A program made the position numbers and the translations under genes. Of a stretch of DNA of 64,000 bases, positions 18,200-27,049 are shown piece by piece. Source of the DNA: Candidatus Marinacidobacterales bacterium (GTDB lineage Bacteria > Acidobacteriota > Vicinamibacteria > Marinacidobacterales > SMYC01); contig CBDCYI010000009.1 of the NCBI GenBank assembly GCA_965224085.1, forward strand, positions 628,162-692,161, written 5' to 3'. A model generated the notes under the pieces. That model did no database searches and had not been told where the DNA came from. It saw nothing but the letters and a program-made list of their open reading frames with translations. Positions within the stretch are counted from its first letter, which is position 1; the number at the start of each line of letters is the position of its first letter.

Positions 18200-19585
18200 G
18201 TGGCAAGGAAGAAGATCGATGCAGAGATCATGAAGCTCGGCCCAGACCACATCATGAAGTGGCTCGACCGTCTCTACGATCTCGTGGTGGAGGACAGTCC
18301 CATCCTAGAGTCGGCACAGGATATCGGGAACCACTACGCAGCGGGCACGGGCTCCCTGGAAGAGCGTGCCCGTCGATTGATTCGATGGCAGGTCACGAAG
18401 GCTGGCACGTCTGGATTTCTATCGGGACTCGGGGGCGTGATCACGATGCTGGTTGCGATTCCGGCCAACATTGCGAGTGTCATGTACGTTCAGATTCGCA
18501 TGATTGCGGCGGTCGCACATCTAGGGGGGCACGATATTCGGAACGACCAAGTTCGGACTCTGTGCTACGCCTGCATGTGTGGAAAGGCGGCGGGGGATGT
18601 CGTCAAAGGCGCCGGCATCAGTCTCGGCACCAAACTCACCGAGCAGGCCATCAAGAAAGTCGCCGGCAAGACGCTCAAGAACATCAACAAGAAGGTGGGC
18701 TTTCGTCTCGTTACCAAGTTTGGGGAGAAAGGCATCATCAACTTGGGCAAGATGGTCCCGATCGCTGGAGGTGTCGTAGGTGGATCTCTCGACGCTTCCA
18801 GCACCTACGTCATCGGGAAGATCGCCTGCACGACTTTTGTCGGAACCGGAGCGGATCCTAAACGATATGAACGATTTATTCTTACTCCAGAACAAGTAAG
18901 AGATCCTAATGTTGGACCTTCTCCAGCTGAAATAAATAGAAAAGCAATAGAAATTGCAGCTAGAGCTAGAGATATCCCGGAACCGCCGCATGGCGACTAT
19001 GTTAACGGCAAGGGCTACGGTGATGTTGGCGATGGCACCGCGAGCACGAGGCGAGTAGGCGGGGCCACTCCCACTAAAAACACGAAAGAGAGCATTCAAG
19101 CGGTCCTACACGAAGCAGCCGAGCGTCTCGGGGCGAAAGAATTCCTTGAGGAGGTGGCAAGCTTCATAGAGGCTCGAATGCCCAGCTACCGATGGCCCCA
19201 TGAGACTGGCTACTACTCCTTCACCCTGCACGAGCGGAGCGAGGGAAAGCCCACGGCGCGACGACGTTACGCAACCCTCTACCTCGACTTAAAACAGCCC
19301 GGCTCTCTGCTCCTCACTCTGACGCCGAGGGCAGTAGAAGTTGCATGCGATGATGCCGTAAACGAGTTCTGTACAGATGTGCCAGCGGCTTTCAGGAACC
19401 AGAAAAGTCAGAAAAGCTACAGCGCCATAGTTGTCGGTATGTCCAGAGACGAATGGACAACGATGTTGAAGCCTCTCGGGCAGCTGCTTTCAGCGATAGT
19501 CGATGGTTGGAAGCGAAGCGCGGCCGACGACAAGAAAAATGTACCCTCTGATGCTGACTCCCGCTCTCGCAACAATAATGACTAG
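18200..19585 (+). CDS. EcsC-family domain protein (N-terminal ~220 aa) fused to a ~240-aa C-terminal region of unknown function.
   Basis: GLGGVITMLVAIPANIASVMYVQIRMIAAVAHLGGHDIRNDQVRTLCYACMCGKAAGDV...NINKKVGFRLVTKFGEKGIINLGKMVPIAGGVVGGSLDASSTYVIGKIA follows the EcsC (PF12787) pattern. The C-terminal part (WPHETGYYSFTLHE...) is not recognised. Confidence 0.65.
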   Translation: MARKKIDAEIMKLGPDHIMKWLDRLYDLVVEDSPILESAQDIGNHYAAGTGSLEERARRLIRWQVTKAGTSGFLSGLGGVITMLVAIPANIASVMYVQIRMIAAVAHLGGHDIRNDQVRTLCYACMCGKAAGDVVKGAGISLGTKLTEQAIKKVAGKTLKNINKKVGFRLVTKFGEKGIINLGKMVPIAGGVVGGSLDASSTYVIGKIACTTFVGTGADPKRYERFILTPEQVRDPNVGPSPAEINRKAIEIAARARDIPEPPHGDYVNGKGYGDVGDGTASTRRVGGATPTKNTKESIQAVLHEAAERLGAKEFLEEVASFIEARMPSYRWPHETGYYSFTLHERSEGKPTARRRYATLYLDLKQPGSLLLTLTPRAVEVACDDAVNEFCTDVPAAFRNQKSQKSYSAIVVGMSRDEWTTMLKPLGQLLSAIVDGWKRSAADDKKNVPSDADSRSRNNND

Positions 19586-19604
19586 TCCCTAGCTGGCACT
19601 TCCA

Positions 19605-19900
19605 TTGAGCCCCTCATACGCCCTGCTAGATGATCGAATATGTGCTGAAGCGTTCAACGCGAAACTTGCGTCTGATAGCCCTTACCGAATCGAGATTGAG
19701 GCTGTGATCCCGGAGCCTTTCGTCGGTGCGGTCAAGACTGCTCCGGTGGTCGTTCTCCAGCTCAACCCTGGTTTCGGTCCTAAGGACGCCGCGTCGCATG
19801 CAGATCCGGAGTTTCGTACCCGTCTGGTCAAAATGCTCGGACGCCCAACGGGTCAGCAGGTTACACCTTTCCAGGATCGACGCCGACATCGAAGATCGGG
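19605..19900 (+). CDS. Hypothetical protein (about 98 aa recognisable). The frame reads into a 33-bp repeat and IS110-a, so the gene is probably disrupted.
   Basis: MSPSYALLDDRICAEAFNAKLASDSPYRIEIEAVIPEPFVGAVKTAPVVVLQLNPGFGPKDAASHADPEFRTRLVKMLGRPTGQQVTPFQDRR; no recognised family. Confidence 0.25.
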
Positions 19901-20101
19901 AAGCCGCATGAGTATTTTGACCTCACGAGTACGTCGTCTACCATCACCACGAGAGGAATCATCAAGGCAAGGAGAATCTGCTGCTGTTCCCAGCCAGCGA
20001 CCAGTTACCTCAGTCCGAGCGCAAGGTGCGCTCCCGTGAACGGCTTGGCGGGCTGCTACGTTTCTACCATCGGGAAGCCGCATGAGTATTTTGACCTCAC
20101 G
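19895..20101 (+). repeat. Two perfect 33-bp direct repeats (atcgggaagccgcatgagtattttgacctcacg) at 19895-19927 and 20069-20101, bracketing 141 bp. The second abuts the IS110-a left end and supplies the in-frame ATG of its transposase ORF.
   Basis: Exact repeat read directly from the sequence. Confidence 0.85.
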
Positions 20102-21419
20102 GGTAAATCTAGATGCTGCAGGGATTGATATTGGAGCGGAGTCAATCGTGGCGGCAGTCCCGAAGGGGCGCACTCCTGAGGGCGAACATGTCCGCACGTT
20201 TCAGAGCTTTGTATGCTCGCTGCGAGAGCTGGCCAATTGGCTGAAGGCGTGCGGCGTGTGCACGGTGGCGATGGAGTCGACCGGAGTTTATTGGATTCCA
20301 CTGTACGAGTTGTTGGAAGACGAGGGATTTGAAGTCTATCTGGTCGATGCTCGCAAAGTGAAAAACGTATCTGGGCGCAAGTCAGACGTGTCGGATGCGG
20401 AGTGGCTGCAACAGCTGCATACATTCGGGCTACTCCCAAAAACCTTTCGGCCGGAATCGGCGATTTGCGAGCTAAGGGCATACACCCGCCAACGAAGCTC
20501 GCTGGTGGAGTCAGCGGCTCGCCACATTCAGCATATGCACAAAGCGCTCAACCAAATGGGGCTCCAGCTACAACACGTCCTGCGCGACGTGACCGGAGTC
20601 ACCGGCCTTGCGATCATCCGAGCGATCTTGAGAGGAGAGCGAGATCCTCGTGACCTAGCAAAACTGAGGCATGAACGTTGCCACAACGATGAGGCCACGA
20701 TCGCGAAAGCCTTAGAAGGTAACTATCGGAGCGAGCATGTTTTCGCTCTTCAACAGTCGGTGGAGTTGTACGATTTCTATCAAGAGAAAATGGAAGACTG
20801 TGACAAGCGGATCGAGAGATGCCTGTCCAAATTGGAGACCCGGCCTCAGGACGCTCGGCCTAAGCCGAAACCACGGACACGGCGAGCGCGTAGCGGCAAC
20901 GGGCCGCGCTTTCCGCTCGCTGAGTCTCTATTGGGACTCACGGGGGTGGACCTAACCAGGGTTCCCGGCTTAGGTAGCTATGCCGTTCTGCAGCTCGTAG
21001 GAGAAACCGGTTGCGACATGAGCCCGTGGAAAAGTGACAAGCACTTCACCTCATGGCTAGCTCTCGCACCGAATAATAAGGAGTCCGCTGGTCGAATCTT
21101 TCGCCGGGCCACCCCAATGAGCTCCAGTCGTGCTGCAAAACTCTTTCGCCTCGCCGCGTGCGCTGTCCGCAATACCCAAACCGCGCTCGGCGCTTTCTAT
21201 CGACGAATCCGATCGCGACGAGGTGCTCCAAAGGCCATCACAGCTACCGCCCGTAAAATAGCGACCATCTACTTCCGCATGCTTGCGACTGGAGAGGAGT
21301 TCATTGAGCTCGGTCAGGACGCTTATGAAAGGCAATACCAGCAACGCCTCCTGAGTAATCTCCGACGCAAAGCTACCCGACTCGGCTTCAGCCTCGTTCC
21401 CGATCAATCCATATCATGA
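20082..21419 (+). CDS. IS110-family (DEDD) transposase, 445 aa as predicted. The ATG comes from the flanking 33-bp repeat.
   Basis: MSILTSRVNLDAAGIDIGAESIVAAVPKGR... is identical to the copy at 14550-15866. Confidence 0.8.
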   Translation: MSILTSRVNLDAAGIDIGAESIVAAVPKGRTPEGEHVRTFQSFVCSLRELANWLKACGVCTVAMESTGVYWIPLYELLEDEGFEVYLVDARKVKNVSGRKSDVSDAEWLQQLHTFGLLPKTFRPESAICELRAYTRQRSSLVESAARHIQHMHKALNQMGLQLQHVLRDVTGVTGLAIIRAILRGERDPRDLAKLRHERCHNDEATIAKALEGNYRSEHVFALQQSVELYDFYQEKMEDCDKRIERCLSKLETRPQDARPKPKPRTRRARSGNGPRFPLAESLLGLTGVDLTRVPGLGSYAVLQLVGETGCDMSPWKSDKHFTSWLALAPNNKESAGRIFRRATPMSSSRAAKLFRLAACAVRNTQTALGAFYRRIRSRRGAPKAITATARKIATIYFRMLATGEEFIELGQDAYERQYQQRLLSNLRRKATRLGFSLVPDQSIS

Positions 21420-21456
21420 AAAATGCCTTCGGCCGGGAGTGTCAGTCGAAAGTACC
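20102..21456 (+). mobile_element. IS110-family element type a, second copy (1355 bp), inserted into an IS256-like transposase gene.
   Basis: Same ends as the copy at 14513-15867. The right end abuts the truncated IS256-like ORF at 21460-21783. Confidence 0.8.
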
Positions 21457-21459
21457 TTC

Positions 21460-21783
21460 CTAGCCGTTCTTCGAACGCACGCGGGGTCGCTCAACTTGGA
21501 TGCGACGACCGCCGAAGCTCAGCTCGCCCGTCGTACGGCCCCACCGGTAGTGCGTTCGATCCTCTCGATGCTTGCCCCTCTTGCCGGCGAGCACTTCCGC
21601 TTCGCCAAGCAAGAGTGTGTTCAGTGCTTCGAGTCCTTGCTCATGGAGCCAACTCGTCAACTCCAACCTCGTCGACGCGATCCCGGCCATCATCGGCATG
21701 AGCATCTGGCGCAGATGCTCCACCACCCCCGGTTCCGAGCTTCCTCTCCCTTGATTCCTGACCTTCTTTGGTTTCTTATTCAT
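21460..21783 (-). pseudogene. IS256-family transposase N-terminal fragment (107 aa), truncated by IS110-a.
   Basis: ...RTHYRWGRTTGELSFGGRRIQVERPRVR fits the IS256 N-terminal motif (R.GYRNG...R.L.T..G.I.L.VPR.R). Confidence 0.55.
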
Positions 21784-21913
21784 CAGCGGCTCCTTGTCCC
21801 CCTGCGGAGACGGTTGTTTTTTTTGGGCAGACCTATTTTCAGGCCGGCCAAGGAGCCGCTGCTACTTCAAATTTTCAACATGGGCTGGGACATCCCCAAT
21901 GAGAGGGCCTGCA

Positions 21914-23485
21914 ATGATTAAAACGAATCGAAATCGTATCGGAAACCTTGCTTTGCTAACAGGTATTCTGCCTTGCCTAATTTGCTGGCAGAGCAGCTAT
22001 CTCTTCGCTCAGCACGTTGATTTGAATGTCAGTACAAAGACAGAGAGCTCTGACAAGCCTGTTGAATTGAGCGCGCCATCGGTAACGGAGCACACCATTA
22101 CAATGGATGGAGAATCCATAAACTACAGCGCTACTGTAGGTTATATGATTCAAACGGATGCAGATAACAAGCCCATTGGCTACTTTTTCTACACCGCATA
22201 CACAAAGCAGGATGAGGATTCCGTTTCTCGTCCGTTGACTTTCTGCTTCAACGGCGGACCAGGAAGCTCCTCGATCTACCTCCACATGCTGAACGTCGGG
22301 CCCCAAAAGGCCGTGCTTCTGAAAGACGGCAATACTCCGGCACCACCACCCCGTATGGTGGACAACGTAGATACATGGCTTGCCTTCACCGACCTCGTAT
22401 TCATCGATCCAATAGGCACAGGGTTCAGTTTTCCTCACCCAGGAGCGGACACGAAGCAATTCTGGGGTGCTGCAGCGGATGCCGAATCCGTTAGCGATTT
22501 CATTCGCATGTACATCACCGAGAACGCTCGCTGGCTGTCGCCGATTTTCGTGGCCGGTGAGAGTTATGGTGGCATCCGCGGTGCCCTGGTCGCGGAAGAG
22601 CTACAGAAAAATCGTCACATCAAATTAAATTTAAACGGTCTCATCTTTATCTCACCAGCTTATGATGGGCAGAGTCTGGCAACGAGCAAGCACAATCCTA
22701 CGTACCTCTCACAGTATTTTCCGACTTACGCCACGACTGCCTGGTACCACAAGAAACTGGATGACGACTTGCAGGGTGATTTCGACAAACTGGTCACGGA
22801 AGTGACGACATGGGCTAGCGAAGATTATATGGTGGCGCTCATCAAGGGCGACAAGCTCGATGATTCCAAAAAGGAAGAGATTGCCAGCCAGATGGCCCGC
22901 TACACCGGATTGTCCGAAGACTTCATTCTGGAGAAGAATCTTCGAATCACTTCCGCGGAATTCAGAGCAGGACTCTTGCGCGATGAGGGCATAAGTCTGC
23001 ACCGCGCCGATGCTCGATTCGAAGACGGAGCCTATGACTTGGCGAGGACTCTATCTCCACTATTTAACCACTACATCAGGAACGTCCTCGGGTTCGAAAC
23101 GAACAAAGCGTATGTCACGGGATGGTGGGCGTGTGTCGAGCGAAAGATAGAGTTCAATGAGCCGTGTTTCTCTAGCAGTGGTCTTCGTCCATGGCCATAC
23201 ACCGAAGGTACTGCTCCTTTCTCGGTCGTTCCCAACCTGAGTGAAGCAATGAAGAACAACAGGAATATGAAGGTCCTCGTCGCTGCGGGATACTACGATT
23301 ATGCCTGTCCCTTTGCGACCATAGACTATGCGATCGATCAACTACTCCTGAAACCTGAGTTGCAAAAAAACCTCGTTCGTCGCTACTACCAGGGAGGTCA
23401 CATGGTCTATATATCTCAGATCGAGATGACGAGATTCACCAAAGACGTGAAGGCATTCATCGTGAATTCCACAACTTCCGATTGA
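21914..23485 (+). CDS. Secreted S10-family serine carboxypeptidase-like protein, in a markedly low-GC (about 47-50%) gene.
   Basis: FCFNGGPGSSS and GESYGG motifs plus an N-terminal signal peptide. The GC of this gene is far below the flanking ~65%. Confidence 0.75.
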   Translation: MIKTNRNRIGNLALLTGILPCLICWQSSYLFAQHVDLNVSTKTESSDKPVELSAPSVTEHTITMDGESINYSATVGYMIQTDADNKPIGYFFYTAYTKQDEDSVSRPLTFCFNGGPGSSSIYLHMLNVGPQKAVLLKDGNTPAPPPRMVDNVDTWLAFTDLVFIDPIGTGFSFPHPGADTKQFWGAAADAESVSDFIRMYITENARWLSPIFVAGESYGGIRGALVAEELQKNRHIKLNLNGLIFISPAYDGQSLATSKHNPTYLSQYFPTYATTAWYHKKLDDDLQGDFDKLVTEVTTWASEDYMVALIKGDKLDDSKKEEIASQMARYTGLSEDFILEKNLRITSAEFRAGLLRDEGISLHRADARFEDGAYDLARTLSPLFNHYIRNVLGFETNKAYVTGWWACVERKIEFNEPCFSSSGLRPWPYTEGTAPFSVVPNLSEAMKNNRNMKVLVAAGYYDYACPFATIDYAIDQLLLKPELQKNLVRRYYQGGHMVYISQIEMTRFTKDVKAFIVNSTTSD

Positions 23486-23599
23486 TCAGTTAGCCTCTAA
23501 CCGGTCAGAAACCGGGGATTTTGTTCACACTTTTCTGCTGGCGCGAGGTAAGTGATTTCGTTTCAACAGCTTTCAGGTTTACCTGGCTAGAGTTAGAGT

Positions 23600-25092
23600 G
23601 CACGCTACTGAAAACGAGACCAAGGGCCTGGGAAGGCATATGGTCTATTTAAGGTGCTTCCGCCATCAAGTGATGGGATGGACTCCTCCGCTGACATAGA
23701 CGGCATCGATGTGCCAAAGTCAGTCGAAAGAACGCATCGAAAAAGGAGGAGTTCCGAATGAAAGATACGACGATCGCTGTGGATCTTGCAAAGAACGTCT
23801 TCGAGATTGCCATCTCGCGCGAAGCGGGGAAGGTGTCCAAGCAACTCCGTGTGAGTCGACCTAAGTTGGTGTCGTTTTTTGCGAAACAGAGCGCTGCCAC
23901 CGTGCTTCTCGAAGCCTGCGGCTCGGCTCACTTCTGGGCAAGGACGTTGCGACGGTTGGGACACGACGTCGTCCTGCTCCCACCTCACCTCGTAAGGCCG
24001 TATCGACGCGGGAGCAAGAACGACCGCGCGGACACCAAAGCTTTGCTCGAGGCTTACCGGAACGAGGAGATTCTTTCGGTGCCCATCAAGTCCGTGCGCC
24101 AGCACACCCTCGCCGCGCTCCATCGCCTACGCTCAGGATGGCTCTCCACACGGACCGCACGCATCAATGCCGTACGCGGGGTCCTGCGCGAGCTCGGACT
24201 CTTCATCCCCAAGGGCGCTCACTTCGTCGTGCCCGCCATCTCCGAGCTCGTCGAAGACGCTGATTCTGATTTGCCCGACGTGCTCCGTCCGCACCTGCGT
24301 GATGCGTGCTCCGAGATTCGAGAGCTCAAGGACAAGTGCGCTGGCATCGAGCACGAGCTCAAGGCGCTCACCAAGCAGCTTCCTGAGGTGCAACGACTTC
24401 TCACCATTCCCGGCATCGGACTTCTGACCGCGACCGCCATCGTCGGCTTCGTTGGGGATCTGCGCCGCTTCCCATCGGGACGCCGCTTCTCGAGTTACCT
24501 CGGCCTCGTTCCCAAAGAGAACTCCAGTGGTGACATTCGCCGCCTCGGGCGCATCACCAAGCGTGGCGACTCCTACCTCCGTACGCTCCTCACGCAGGGC
24601 GGACGCGCCGTGCTCCGAGCGGCCAACGTCAGCAAGAGCCCGCCCGACAAGCTCCGCGCCTGGGCGCGGAAGCTCCACCGCTCGCGGGGACACAACAAAG
24701 CCGCGATTGCTGTCGCCAACAAACTCGCCCGGATAGTCTGGGCCGTCTCCACCCGCGAGAGTGAATTCCAGTCGGTGCCCGCGGCCGCATAGAGGCTCCA
24801 CTTTCGTGTTTTCCTTCTTCCCTTCCAACAGAGGCTGCGACGATACCCATCCAACTGATGGCGTACCGGTCGGACCGGCGCGGGGTCAAGCCGATAGCAA
24901 CACTGGCCCTCAGAGGTCGCTCAAAGTGATTGGCTCCTCGCGCGCGGATTTTCCGTCATGGCCCGGAGCACCCAAGACGCTCCTCACTGAGGCCGTAGAT
25001 ATGTTTGCAGTCTGACCCACTCGTCACCGATTTGGACGAGCAGCTCTGAGGAAGACTTTTTTGAGAAAGGTGTTGATTGAGGAGTCCAGATA
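23600..25092 (+). mobile_element. IS110-family element type b. The left end is approximate. It has a ~300-bp non-coding right end after the transposase.
   Basis: Contains the 344-aa IS110-family transposase. The right end was defined by the tandem-duplication junction ...gaggagtccagata. Confidence 0.6.
23758..24792 (+). CDS. IS110-family (DEDD) transposase type b, 344 aa.
   Basis: MKDTTIAVDLAKNVFEIAIS... (DEDD N-terminus) ...LTIPGIGLLTATAIVGFVGDLRRFPSGRRFSSYLGLVPKENSSGDIRRLGRITKRGDSYLR... (C-terminal HhH/transposase_20). Confidence 0.9.
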   Translation: MKDTTIAVDLAKNVFEIAISREAGKVSKQLRVSRPKLVSFFAKQSAATVLLEACGSAHFWARTLRRLGHDVVLLPPHLVRPYRRGSKNDRADTKALLEAYRNEEILSVPIKSVRQHTLAALHRLRSGWLSTRTARINAVRGVLRELGLFIPKGAHFVVPAISELVEDADSDLPDVLRPHLRDACSEIRELKDKCAGIEHELKALTKQLPEVQRLLTIPGIGLLTATAIVGFVGDLRRFPSGRRFSSYLGLVPKENSSGDIRRLGRITKRGDSYLRTLLTQGGRAVLRAANVSKSPPDKLRAWARKLHRSRGHNKAAIAVANKLARIVWAVSTRESEFQSVPAAA

Positions 25093-25657
25093 TGGTGACA
25101 TTCGCCGCCTCGGGCGCATCACCAAGCGTGGCGACTCCTACCTCCGTACGCTCCTCACGCAGGGCGGACGCGCCGTGCTCCGAGCGGCCAACGTCAGCAA
25201 GAGCCCGCCCGACAAGCTCCGCGCCTGGGCGCGGAAGCTCCACCGCTCGCGGGGACACAACAAAGCCGCGATTGCTGTCGCCAACAAACTCGCCCGGATA
25301 GTCTGGGCCGTCTCCACCCGCGAGAGTGAATTCCAGTCGGTGCCCGCGGCCGCATAGAGGCTCCACTTTCGTGTTTTCCTTCTTCCCTTCCAACAGAGGC
25401 TGCGACGATACCCATCCAACTGATGGCGTACCGGTCGGACCGGCGCGGGGTCAAGCCGATAGCAACACTGGCCCTCAGAGGTCGCTCAAAGTGATTGGCT
25501 CCTCGCGCGCGGATTTTCCGTCATGGCCCGGAGCACCCAAGACGCTCCTCACTGAGGCCGTAGATATGTTTGCAGTCTGACCCACTCGTCACCGATTTGG
25601 ACGAGCAGCTCTGAGGAAGACTTTTTTGAGAAAGGTGTTGATTGAGGAGTCCAGATA
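25093..25657 (+). repeat. Head-to-tail tandem duplicate (565 bp) of the 3' end of IS110-b: the last 88 codons of the transposase plus the whole ~300-bp right-end non-coding region.
   Basis: 24528-25092 matches 25093-25657 nearly exactly. The duplicated partial ORF is at 25061-25357. Confidence 0.9.
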
Positions 25658-25879
25658 TGTGGCTACGCTGCGAGAGGCATCTGACTGCTTGTGTCTGTTG
25701 GCCCCCTACGAGCGCCACCGAACGTGATCACGATCGTTCCTTCTCGTCTTGACGACCTGACCATAGAGAGCTGCCGGGCCGAAGACACGACGAGCGACCT
25801 TCTCGTAGAAATCGAATCCGTCGGTGACAATCAACGGAAGACCCTGGAAATCCATCAAGAAGACGAGCCCACCATGAGC

Positions 25880-26080
25880 CCCGCACGAAAGCAGGCTTTG
25901 CGGCGGCGATGGGCAGATTTGATAAAACGCGTCTTCGAGCTCGACCCCCTTCGGTGTCCTTGCGGTGGGACGATGCGCGTGGTCGCTTTCATCACTCAGC
26001 CGCGGGTCATACGCAAGATACTCGGACATCTCAAAAACAAAGCAAACCGCGACCGAGCTCCTCCTGAGCCGTCCTCCTAA
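25880..26080 (+). pseudogene. C-terminal fragment of an IS91-family (HUH Y2) transposase.
   Basis: ...RKQALRRRWADLIKRVFELDPLRCPCGGTMRVVAFITQPRVIRKILGHL matches the conserved IS91 TnpA C-terminus. Confidence 0.5.
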
Positions 26081-27049
26081 TTCAACATCAACGTCGTCTC
26101 TCCGATACCGGTGTGCCTCGACACCCTTCGGGCCTCCCCACTCAACACCCGCCGATACGTTTCGGAGCTTCTTTGACGCATTTCTCGCTACCCTGCCTGC
26201 GGTCTTGCCACGCCCGTGCGCCTTTCTCCACAGGCCTCATGCCCGTTGCTCGCTCAAAGTTCCTGATATGTATTGAGCTGTCTAGCCCATGCCCAATCCT
26301 TACTTACGGCATCCAACCTCCCCGCTCATCTGGTCAGGGCACGAGCAGCTTCATGCGACGGTGGATCAACCTGATATCCGCGTGTTGGTTAACGCCTGAC
26401 ATGCCTTCGTGGCGTTGTTGCACGGCCCGGAGCAAATCGCTGACCTCCCTGTGCCGGTCGGAGAGTCACCCGGCGCAGTAAGTATCGGGCATGCCGAGCG
26501 CGGTCATCTTGTTGAGTATCTCGCACCCAATTCGGTGTTCAACTCGTTGCCTCGCCAACGTTCGAGTCCGCATCTCGGGCCCCATGATCGCCTTGTAACG
26601 ATAGACCGCGTTCTCCACCATGCTTCGCTCGGTGCAGCCTGAGAGCTTGTACCATTCACGTCGGCCGTGTCTTTCGATTGCACGAATATGGCGGTCGCGT
26701 TCCCGCATGGCGGTGTTCGAATTCTGACTGAGCGTGGCGTTTCGTTGCGGCGGAATCACCACGCGCGTCCTTCGTCCAGGGCTGTGCGCTTCGATGGCTT
26801 CGTAGACCGCTTCCTTGTCGTATGCACTGTCCGCCGCCACCGACGCTATAGGTGCTTGAATCTGTGTTAGCAAAGGGGGGACTCGCGTTGCGTCGCGAGC
26901 TCGTGACGCCGTCAGTTCGGACGCAACAATGTTGCCGGTCTTGCGATCAACGGCGATGTGCAACTTGCGCCAGGCGCGCTGCTTTGGCGGTTTGCGGGTG
27001 GTTCCAACATGAATTCTCAAGCCCGTGCTATCGATCATCAGGTGGATTA

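Noticed and set aside
25691-25880. Minus-strand 107-aa ORF (25706-26029) vaguely resembling a DDE transposase segment.
   Set aside because: The similarity is too weak to call. The plus-strand IS91 C-terminal motif over the same region is much more specific, and the two cannot both be real.
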